Source of the DNA: Candidatus Omnitrophota bacterium
GTDB taxonomy: Bacteria > Omnitrophota > Omnitrophia > Omnitrophales > JACQLI01
Length of the DNA: 64,000 bases
NCBI GenBank assembly: GCA_016179745.1
Contig: JACPCP010000009.1
Coordinates: 9,084 to 73,083, forward strand
Direction of reading: 5' to 3'
The translations under genes and the position numbers were made by a program. Positions 1-7,812 of the stretch are shown in pieces. The notes below the pieces were generated by a model that saw only the letters and a list, made by a program, of their open reading frames with translations, made no database searches and was not told where the DNA came from. The first letter of the stretch is position 1. The number at the start of each line of letters is the position of its first letter.

Positions 1-396
1 TACGATGATTTCTTTACCACCCAGTCGCCCTACGGTGTGATTCATACGAGTCTGGCCGAGCTGGCCGACCTCATCCTGGTGGCGCCGGCCTCGGCCAATT
101 TTATTGCCCGCACGGCCGCCGGACTGGCCAATGATCTGGCGACCTGCGTCCTTTTGGCCGCTGATCGGCCGGTCGTGATTGCGCCTGCGATGAATGACCG
201 GATGTATCAGAACCCCTTGACGCAGGAAAATATTCAGAAGTTGAAAAGACTGGGTCACCAGTTTATTGACCCCATCGAGGGCCACCTTGTTTGCGGGAAG
301 GAAGCGTTGGGGCATATTTCAGAGCCTGAAACCATCACGGGGCGGATTGTCGAGACCCTCTCTCGCTTTGGTTCGCGTGCTTCGAAGAAAAGCTAG
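1..396 (+). CDS. coaC: Phosphopantothenoylcysteine decarboxylase (CoaC flavoprotein domain), 5'-truncated by the window edge
   Basis: Frame 1 is open from nt 1. The translation ...ADLILVAPASANFIARTAAGLANDLATCVLLAA...APAMNDRMYQNPLTQENIQKL...GHLVCGKEALGH matches conserved CoaC/Dfp N-domain motifs. It ends at TAG 394-396. Confidence 0.85.
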   Translation, partial: YDDFFTTQSPYGVIHTSLAELADLILVAPASANFIARTAAGLANDLATCVLLAADRPVVIAPAMNDRMYQNPLTQENIQKLKRLGHQFIDPIEGHLVCGKEALGHISEPETITGRIVETLSRFGSRASKKS

Positions 397-1042
397 ATCC
401 ATTCGACGGATCCTCGTGACGGCCGGTCCGACACGGGAAATGCTGGATCCCGTTCGATTTATCACCAACCTCTCGACAGGAGAGATGGGTTATTCGGTTG
501 CGAGGGAGGCCCGTCGAAAAGGTTTCCAAGTCACCTTAATTTCAGGGCCTACTTCTTTGACTCCTCCCCGGGGAGTTCGTTGGGTCCCCATTGTGACAGT
601 GAAGGACCTTGAGGCTGCACTTAAGAAGCATTTTTTTAACCACGATGTCCTTTTTATGAGCGCAGCGGTGGGAGATTTTTTGCCTGTCACCCGCTCTTCG
701 AGAAAGGTCCCCAGAAAGAAAACTCTAAAAGTCCTCTTTCGCCAGAGCCCTGATCTGGTAGGGACATTGGCGCGAAGGAAGGGGGATCGCATTGTGATTG
801 GGTTTTCTCTGGAGACCAACGATTGGCTTCGGCGTTCCAGGAAGAAGAGATTAAAAAAGCATCTCGACGGGATTGTGGCGAATCACTTCCGGCCCGGCCA
901 TAACCCGTTCGGAAAGACCCGGGCGCGTGTTGCCCTGATTGACAGTGAAGGGGCCAGGGTTTTTCGGTTTGGCTCAAAACCGGCATTGGCCCGGACCCTA
1001 ATCCGGTGGGCGGCCGGATTGGCGGGGCGTTCCAAAAATTAG
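377..1042 (+). CDS. coaB: Phosphopantothenate--cysteine ligase (CoaB domain)
   Basis: ILVTAGPTREMLDPVRFITNLSTGEMGYSVA...MSAAVGDF matches the CoaB signature. It is in a different frame from coaC. Candidate starts are TTG 368 or GTG 377, overlapping the coaC end. The ATG 266 in the track gives a non-homologous leader. Confidence 0.8.
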   Translation: MLRRKARSIRRILVTAGPTREMLDPVRFITNLSTGEMGYSVAREARRKGFQVTLISGPTSLTPPRGVRWVPIVTVKDLEAALKKHFFNHDVLFMSAAVGDFLPVTRSSRKVPRKKTLKVLFRQSPDLVGTLARRKGDRIVIGFSLETNDWLRRSRKKRLKKHLDGIVANHFRPGHNPFGKTRARVALIDSEGARVFRFGSKPALARTLIRWAAGLAGRSKN

Positions 1043-1121
1043 TTTCGGCCGGACGAAATTTCGATATAATAGCCCGGATTTCAACCCTATCTTATTTACG
1101 ACTCAGAGGAGGATGATAAGA

Positions 1122-1583
1122 ATGAAAAGAATCTTTTCAGGAGTAATGGTTCTCGGGCTGGTTTTCGCAGGCTGCGCCACAGAGGGGGGCGGAGGTTTGA
1201 CGGAACGTGAGACGTCTGCCCTCCTGGGCAGTGGCTTGGGGGCCGGACTGGGGGCCATCGTGGGACATCAGACCGGTCACGCCGGGGCCGGAACCGCCAT
1301 CGGTGCCGGGGCGGGTGCGTTGGCAGGGGCGTTGGCAGGTGAAGGGATGCGGCGGAGCAAGGAAAACGCAAAGAAGGAAATCCGTCAAGAGATGATGCAG
1401 CAACAGTATCAGCCTCAATATGCGCCTCAGCCCTACGGGGCTCCTCAGCAGGCAGCGCCGGCTTATGCCCCTCAGCCGACTCAGGAGCTCCATACCAAAT
1501 ACAACCCACGCACCGGGCAGACGTTTCCCGAGCAATACAAGTTTGATCCGAATACGGGTGAAGAATTAAAGTATCTTCGTTAA
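1122..1583 (+). CDS. Glycine-zipper lipoprotein with a Q/P/A-rich C-terminal half
   Basis: RBS GAGGAGG at 1105-1111. Lipobox LVFAGC. G/A-rich glycine-zipper segment GSGLGAGLGAIVG...GAGAGALAGALAG. Followed by a hairpin terminator. Confidence 0.7.
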   Translation: MKRIFSGVMVLGLVFAGCATEGGGGLTERETSALLGSGLGAGLGAIVGHQTGHAGAGTAIGAGAGALAGALAGEGMRRSKENAKKEIRQEMMQQQYQPQYAPQPYGAPQQAAPAYAPQPTQELHTKYNPRTGQTFPEQYKFDPNTGEELKYLR

Positions 1584-1620
1584 GCCCCGGTCAGGCAATC
1601 GAAGCCACGTTTCACACGGA

Positions 1621-1658
1621 GGGCAAAGGCAGCCGACGACGTTGTCTTTGCCCTTTTT
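1621..1658 (+). terminator. Rho-independent terminator
   Basis: GGGCAAAG(GCA)...(TGT)CTTTGCCC stem of 8-11 bp, followed by TTTTT, directly after the lipoprotein stop. Confidence 0.6.
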
Positions 1659-1668
1659 CGTTTCTCGG

Positions 1669-1740
1669 GGCAGCGTAGCCAAGTGGGAAGGCGGCGGTCT
1701 GCAAAACCGCAATGAAGGGGTTCGATTCCCCTCGCTGCCT
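1669..1740 (+). tRNA. tRNA-Cys (GCA)
   Basis: Acceptor GGCAGCG/CGCTGCC. Anticodon loop CT-GCA-AA between stems GCGGT/ACCGC. T-arm AGGGG-TTCGATT-CCCCT. CCA is not encoded. Confidence 0.9.
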
Positions 1741-1754
1741 GAAAATGTTTGCAC

Positions 1755-1841
1755 GCCGGGATGGCGGAACGGCAGACGCAAGGGACTTAAAATCCCTTGG
1801 GCCCTTTTGAGCCCGTGCCGGTTCAAGTCCGGCTCCCGGCA
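1755..1841 (+). tRNA. tRNA-Leu (TAA), class II with a long variable arm
   Basis: Acceptor GCCGGGA/TCCCGGC. Anticodon stem AGGGA/TCCCT with loop CT-TAA-AA. Variable arm of about 20 nt. T-arm GCCGG-TTCAAGT-CCGGC. Confidence 0.9.
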
Positions 1842-1864
1842 AGAAATCAAAGATAAAACTCACG

Positions 1865-2677
1865 ATGTTTCAAAAACTCCGCCGTAAATTTCTTCGTCAC
1901 TTCTTTGGGGAGGACCCTGATTATCAGGACCCGTTCGATGACGCCGCCGAACGGCTCTACGGACGGATCTATTTAAAATATCTTCTGGAGACGGCGGGTC
2001 TCGAATTCCGGGGCCAGCGGGTCCGAGTGCTCGATTTGGGCTGTCACACCGGACGGATTTCAGTCCCGCTGGCCCAGTCGGGTTATGAAGTCACGGGGAT
2101 CGACTCGTCCCGGTTTCATGTCCGGCGGGCCCAAAAACGGGCTGACGAACTTGGTCTTTCATCCCGCTTCATCAAAGGGGACGGATTCGAACAGGTCCGC
2201 CGGATGCCGGCGAATTCCCTTGACCTTGTTCTTTGCACCGAGGTGCTTTATCAGTGTCCGGATTTCCAGAGCCGAATGAAGGACTTGGTGCGAGTCCTCC
2301 GGCCGGGCGGTCTCCTTGCAACCTCCCACCGCACCCGGTTTTTCTATCTCACACAGGCGATTCGCCAAAAAGACTTCGAAGCCGCCCGATTCATCCAGCA
2401 GCATTCCGAAGGGAAACTTTGGGGCTCTTACTTTAACTGGCAGACGCCGGAGGAGCTTAAGGCAATTTATGACGGTCTTTGTTTGGATCGGGTTCTGATT
2501 CGACCCATCGGTGTCTTCACCGGGAATGGGGGCGATGGAATGGCCGCCCTTTGCAATCTAAGCGATTTGAACGATTCAGAGCGTGATGGGGTCTTCGAAA
2601 TTGAAGCTGGTGACTCGGAAGAATTTTCCTCCCTCGCCCGTTATCTTTTCATGATCGGCCGCAAGCAGGACGTCTGA
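1865..2677 (+). CDS. Class I SAM-dependent methyltransferase
   Basis: Motif I VLDLGCHTGRISVPLAQSGYEVTGIDSS, plus a post-I acidic residue and LRPGG motif. Confidence 0.75.
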   Translation: MFQKLRRKFLRHFFGEDPDYQDPFDDAAERLYGRIYLKYLLETAGLEFRGQRVRVLDLGCHTGRISVPLAQSGYEVTGIDSSRFHVRRAQKRADELGLSSRFIKGDGFEQVRRMPANSLDLVLCTEVLYQCPDFQSRMKDLVRVLRPGGLLATSHRTRFFYLTQAIRQKDFEAARFIQQHSEGKLWGSYFNWQTPEELKAIYDGLCLDRVLIRPIGVFTGNGGDGMAALCNLSDLNDSERDGVFEIEAGDSEEFSSLARYLFMIGRKQDV

Positions 2678-2679
2678 CC

Positions 2680-3363
2680 TTGAAGTTCATCCCCGTTTTG
2701 ATGTATCACCGGATCCATCAAGACGAGCCAGCGTCGGGGCTGGCGGTTTCCCCCGAGGATTTTTCCCGGCAAGTCGAATGGCTCGAGAAAAAATCCTTCC
2801 GCTTCCTTTCCTTGGAGGAGGTGGCGGAACGACAGGGGAGGGCCCGCCTCTGGGATCGCGCCGTCTCGCTGACCTTTGACGACGGCTTCACGGATAATTA
2901 CAAAAACGCGTTCTCCCTTTTAATCTCGAAGGCAAAACCCGCAGCGCTTTTTGTGGTGACAAGCTGGGTGGGTCGGGAAGGTTTTCTTGGCTGGCGTGAG
3001 ATTCGGGAGCTCGCCGATTCAGGAATCACGATCGGGAGCCACAGTCATACCCACTGCTGGCTCCCCGAGATTCGAGATGAATCGTGGCTTCGGCGTGAGA
3101 TCTTTGAATCCAAAAAAATCATCGAAGACCAAATCCGAAAAGAGGTGCGCCATTTTTCGTATCCGGTGGGAGGGGTCAATCCTCGAGTGGCGGATCTCGT
3201 CCGAAAGGCGGGCTATCAGGTAGCGTGGGTCGCCGGGGCCCGGCCTACAGAGACGAACTTTTCCCCTCAATTTGGTTTGAGGCGCATTAAAGTGGGGCCC
3301 CGAGATTCCGATTTAATTCATTTTTCCATAAAGGCTTACGGCCTAAAGACGCTATTCTGGTAA
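2680..3363 (+). CDS. Polysaccharide deacetylase (NodB homology domain)
   Basis: TTG start 3 nt after the upstream stop. LTFDDGFTDNY and GSHSHTH metal/catalytic motifs typical of CE4 deacetylases. Confidence 0.8.
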   Translation: MKFIPVLMYHRIHQDEPASGLAVSPEDFSRQVEWLEKKSFRFLSLEEVAERQGRARLWDRAVSLTFDDGFTDNYKNAFSLLISKAKPAALFVVTSWVGREGFLGWREIRELADSGITIGSHSHTHCWLPEIRDESWLRREIFESKKIIEDQIRKEVRHFSYPVGGVNPRVADLVRKAGYQVAWVAGARPTETNFSPQFGLRRIKVGPRDSDLIHFSIKAYGLKTLFW

Positions 3364-3392
3364 AGATACTTTATGTATCAACTTAGTTTCAT

Positions 3393-3452
3393 GTAACTCT
3401 TTCTATGATAGGAAGTTACAGATTTGACACCTTATAGAATAAGTGCTAGACT
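3393..3452 (+). promoter_or_regulatory. Imperfect 27-nt palindrome plus a sigma70-like promoter upstream of the giant gene
   Basis: GTAACTCTTTCTATGATAGGAAGTTAC (3393-3419) is dyad-symmetric. It is followed by TTGACA (3424-3429), a 17-nt spacer and TAGACT (3447-3452), inside a short AT-rich island. Confidence 0.35.
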
Positions 3453-3511
3453 TCAGCCAAGAGCAGCGCCTGAGGCGGGAAAGCTCAAATCTTACCGGAG
3501 GCCTATCTGAA

Positions 3512-5896
3512 ATGTGTCAATCGGCCGTGAAGCAACGTGAGAGGAGAGAAAATCAAGCGAAAAAAACAAAGGCAACGCTTTTTCCCCAAAAGTTAACGTC
3601 TTTCATTACCTTATGTTTTGTTTTTCTAAATCAGGTCCTCCCCCTTCGGGCCGAAATCCCCGTTTTTTCTCCCTACGAAGATTCACAAAGTCAGCACATC
3701 CAGACACGGTCCATTGAAGAGAGCGGTTCCGAAACTTCCGACCCCCGTCCTTCCAACGAGGCTTCGGTCGAGGCCCCCGGCGATTTTCTCACTCACGAAT
3801 TGACCCTTGAACCGGTCGAAACAGAAGATCCACCGGAGGAGGAGGTCGGGCGGCGAACAAATGATGGCTACGTGACTGAAATCTATGAAACCGCCTCCGA
3901 TGGAATTCACGAAGTTCAAGAAGGGGTCGCCGTGGCCTATTTAGCCCGACGTCTAACGCGTGAAGACTTGCGTCGCCTCCAAGATCTTGACTCAGAAGTG
4001 GGGCTGCTTATCGCAGGGGATGTGGTGGTCATTTTTTCCACCGGGGACAGAGAATTTGTTCGAAACATAGGGCCCGTCAAAGAATTGGTCCAAAATTCCC
4101 TCGTTTCACTCAGTGCCCATTTTCACAAGCAGGGCGGCCCCAGTGAGACCGACCTTCACCCCGAGGCCGGACTTCAGTATGTCATTACTGAAACTCAAGG
4201 AGGACAGGATGTCGTTTGGGCCCATCAGGACGATCAAGTCCTCGAGACCTTAACCTATGAGGAATTTGTCAGAGACGCTGAAAGCCTCCGGATTCAAAGC
4301 AACACCGATCCTGTGGAGGTTCGCCGGTTATTGAGTCAATACATTGCTGCCATTGACCAATACCGTGGGGCCCCGGTCCTTGACCCCGTCCTTTACGCGA
4401 GCCACCTTCCAATTACGGTTTTTCCAAATCGTCCGGTGCTTGGCATCTTTGAAACGGATGGTGAATTGACGGGTCAGCAAAGTGATCTCGTTCAAAGCTC
4501 CACGGGTTTCGTTCGATTCAACTATGACGTCCGTCCCGCGGACTCTTTTGCAGCCCTCTCTATTCAATTTGACGATTTTGGTACGCAAGCCATCGAAACG
4601 GCGGATCTTTCCGGTCTGCCCCAAATCACCTTTGGGCTTCGGTCTGACAATACCTGCCCCGCCAATGGCACCCGTCCCTGTTTAAAAATTGAATTGGAGG
4701 ATGCGAATCAGCAAAAGGCGATTTTCAATGTGCAGGGAATCTCAACCGTGGAGAAAAGTTTCAATATCTTCCGGGACGTCGTTCATACTTTTTTTCCAGC
4801 TTTTAGCTTGGAGAAAGTCCGCTTTATAAATTTTGTCTTCGATCAAAATCTAACCATCCCCGCCACACGCACCGGATTTCTTGAGGTCAAGACCGGGGGG
4901 CTTTATTTCGAGCCGCTAATTTCTCCGGCTGGCGGTCCGGTGACCGATCTCAGCGCGATTCAACCCACGGTCAGCGCTATCCAGCCCTTGAATGGCTCCA
5001 CGCCAGAACCGGAAGATGTTCGCAGCACCGTGACTCGTTTCGAGCAGAGTTCCAAGGACCAACTCGCGTTCGATTACGATCTTGCGAAGGGGAGCGCCTC
5101 GGACAATTCTCATTGGGGAGGCGTTCTGATGAGCTTGGGGTCATCAACCTTTAACTTAAATGACCAGGATTTGGTTTTCGAAATTTCGGCCACTGGGACG
5201 GCAAAATTGAAAATCGATGCGATCTCCGGCGTCGGCGCCAATGAAAAAAAGGTCACGCTGATCGCGGAAAATCTCACCAGCGCACCGCAATTTTATCGCA
5301 TCACGAAAACCCTGATAGATTCGGCGGGAGATTCCGGGATTGATACGTCAAAAATTACTTTCATTTCCTTTGTTGTCGACGACAAAACCGCAGGGACCAA
5401 GACGGCCAGCGGCACGATCGATATTACCTCGCAAGGACTTTTCTTTTCTCCCACAGTTTCTCCAGACCCCCTTCTCACCCCCGCTGATCTCTCCCAGCTT
5501 CCGGGGATCGATCAAGTCCTCAGTTTTGACTCCAATCCGAGCCAGGGGAATCCCGAGGGCACGGTCACCCTCACCCAATCCTCCCGCACCCGCTTTGACC
5601 TGTCCGTCAACCTCACGAATCAATCCATCACCCTGGGCCTAAGAGACGCCGGAGGGTCCCAGGTGATCCTTCAATTGGAAGACTCCACCGGGGCCCAGGA
5701 CCGGGTCTTCCTCACCGGGATCGATGGGGTCGAGCGCTTCTTTAGGATCGATTCAGCCCTCTTCGATCAAATCGACCTCAGCGAAGTGACGGCCCTCGTG
5801 ATCCTCCTCGAAGAAGACCGGGTGAGTGACAAGACCTCCACCCTCGAAGTGAGACTCGGGGACCATCCTTTTACGGTCTTGGAGCAGAAAACCTAA
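3512..5896 (+). CDS. Secreted multi-module repeat protein, N-terminal part of a split giant gene
   Basis: GGAGG lies 10 nt upstream of ATG 3512; GTG 3443 would sit inside the predicted promoter. Hydrophobic signal anchor TSFITLCFVFLNQVLPL. Divergent modules of about 170 aa with FDDFG...GLR...L(K/Q)(I/L)ELED cores. TAA at 5894-5896. Confidence 0.7.
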   Translation: MCQSAVKQRERRENQAKKTKATLFPQKLTSFITLCFVFLNQVLPLRAEIPVFSPYEDSQSQHIQTRSIEESGSETSDPRPSNEASVEAPGDFLTHELTLEPVETEDPPEEEVGRRTNDGYVTEIYETASDGIHEVQEGVAVAYLARRLTREDLRRLQDLDSEVGLLIAGDVVVIFSTGDREFVRNIGPVKELVQNSLVSLSAHFHKQGGPSETDLHPEAGLQYVITETQGGQDVVWAHQDDQVLETLTYEEFVRDAESLRIQSNTDPVEVRRLLSQYIAAIDQYRGAPVLDPVLYASHLPITVFPNRPVLGIFETDGELTGQQSDLVQSSTGFVRFNYDVRPADSFAALSIQFDDFGTQAIETADLSGLPQITFGLRSDNTCPANGTRPCLKIELEDANQQKAIFNVQGISTVEKSFNIFRDVVHTFFPAFSLEKVRFINFVFDQNLTIPATRTGFLEVKTGGLYFEPLISPAGGPVTDLSAIQPTVSAIQPLNGSTPEPEDVRSTVTRFEQSSKDQLAFDYDLAKGSASDNSHWGGVLMSLGSSTFNLNDQDLVFEISATGTAKLKIDAISGVGANEKKVTLIAENLTSAPQFYRITKTLIDSAGDSGIDTSKITFISFVVDDKTAGTKTASGTIDITSQGLFFSPTVSPDPLLTPADLSQLPGIDQVLSFDSNPSQGNPEGTVTLTQSSRTRFDLSVNLTNQSITLGLRDAGGSQVILQLEDSTGAQDRVFLTGIDGVERFFRIDSALFDQIDLSEVTALVILLEEDRVSDKTSTLEVRLGDHPFTVLEQKT

Positions 5897-7812
5897 ACGT
5901 GATCTCTCGGTCCCGCTTTGACCTCACCTATGACCTCACAACAGCCGGCTTCTTTGCTGCCTCTGTCTCCAGCTTTGATGACTTTGGCACTTCCTCATTC
6001 CGTGAATCGGTGAATCTCCTGGGCGAATCGATTATCTTAGGCTTAAGAGATCCCGGAGGCTCTGAATTGATCCTTAAGTTGGAGGATGCGAATGGTGGGG
6101 CGGATTCGGTCCTCCTCTCTGGGATTGACGCTGTGGAACGCTTCTTTTCGGTCGACACCGCCCTCTTTGACCAGGTCGACCTCAGCGAGATAACAAATAT
6201 TGTCCTGGTCCTGGAAGAGGGGAGAGTCTCTGACACGACCTCGACTGTGGAGGTTCGGCTGGGGGACCATCCTTTTACACCGACTGTTAATCCGGATCCA
6301 AATCTTAATTCTAACGATGTCAGCACGTTATCGGGCATTAATGCCCTCAGCACCTTTAATTCCAATCCAGCAAATGGCGCAACGGGCGTCATTACACTTG
6401 ACCAGTTGTCTTCAAGTCGATTCGACATCGCTTACGATTTAACAGAAGCGGGAAGCTTTGGTGGAAGCTTCACAAGCTTTGATGACTTTGGGACAAGCAG
6501 TAAGGAAAGCGTTAACCTCGGCGGACAATCTTTTGTCATCGGACTGCGTGATGATGGAGCTCCTGCGGGAGTAATCCTCAAGTTGGAGGATGCGAATGGC
6601 GGCGCAGACTCAGTTCTTTTAGCCGGGATCGATGGGACGGAGCGGTTTTTTAGGATCGATACATCGCTTTTCGAAGATGTTGATTTGACACAAGTTACCA
6701 CGATCGTTGTGGTCCTCGAAGATAGCAAGGCCATCGATAAGACTTCGACGTTAGAGGTCCGGTTGGGAGGTCATCCTTTTACGCCGACGGTAGCCCCTGA
6801 CCCCAGTCTCACCTCTGCCGATGTCTCAAACCTCTCCGGAATAAGCCAAGTGGTTGCTTTTGATTCAAACGATCCGAATCCAGACGGAACTGTGACCTTG
6901 AATCAGACTTCGGTGACTCGCTTTGACTTGGCCTATAACTTGACGAACTCAGGAAGCTTCGGAGGGTCGATCACGGCCTTTGATGATTTCGGCACTGTCC
7001 CCAAAGAAAGCGTTTCCCTGGCGGGGCAGACCCTTACATTGGGATTGCGGGATATAGGCGGCTCGACTGTGATTCTGGAACTAGGGGATGCTGCGGGAGC
7101 CAAAGACAAAGTGCTCCTTATTGGTGTGGACGGGACCGAGCGTTTCTACCGGGTGGATACGGCCCTCTTTGAAGAAGTGGACCTCACTCAAATTACGGCG
7201 CTGTCATTGGTGCTGGAAGAAAGCCGGATGGGGGATAAGACCTCCACCCTGGAGGTCCGGTTGGGAAATCATCCCCTCGGAGGCGGCTCGACGATTCCCG
7301 TCCTCACCCCCGATTCAATCCTCACGGCTTCCGATATTTCGACTTTGTCCGGAATCAACGAACTCACCGGCTTTGACTCTGATTTTCCAAACCCGAACGG
7401 AAAACTGGTTTTAACCGAGGTTTCAACGACCCGTTTTAATTTGGATTACGATCTGACAGTTGACGGGAGTTTTGTCGGCTCGATCACAGCCTTCGACAAG
7501 TTCATCACCGCACAAAAGGAAAGTGTTTCATTGGCAGGGCAGACCATCGTTCTGGGTCTGAGAGACCCCGGCGCTCCTTCCGTGATCCTGCAGCTGGAAG
7601 ATGCGAGCGGGAAGCGGGATCAAGTGCTCCTCACAGGCGTGGATCAGACGGAGCGCTTCTTCAGCGTGCCCACAAGCTTGTTTGACGGCGTCAATCTGGG
7701 CCAAATCACAGCCGTCGTGCTGGTCCTCGAAGAGAATCGGGTAACGAATAAAGCTTCGACGCTAGAAGTCCGGCTGGGGAATCATCCGATCGTTCCGTTT
7801 GTTCCTGTTCTG
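5452..7812 (+). repeat. Tandem coding repeats of about 504 bp (168 aa), about 4.6 units
   Basis: Units are approximately:
- 5452-5875, internally deleted
- 5893-6288, 5'-truncated
- 6289-6792
- 6793-7308
- 7309-7812

By eye, roughly half or more of the residues are conserved between units. Confidence 0.8.

Noticed and set aside
5880-5900. Programmed -1 ribosomal frameshift joining the two giant ORFs
   Set aside because: There is no canonical X XXY YYZ slippery heptamer before the TAA (the sequence is CAG AAA ACC TAA). About 40 codons of the repeat unit are missing at the junction, which fits a deletion or mis-assembly better than recoding.
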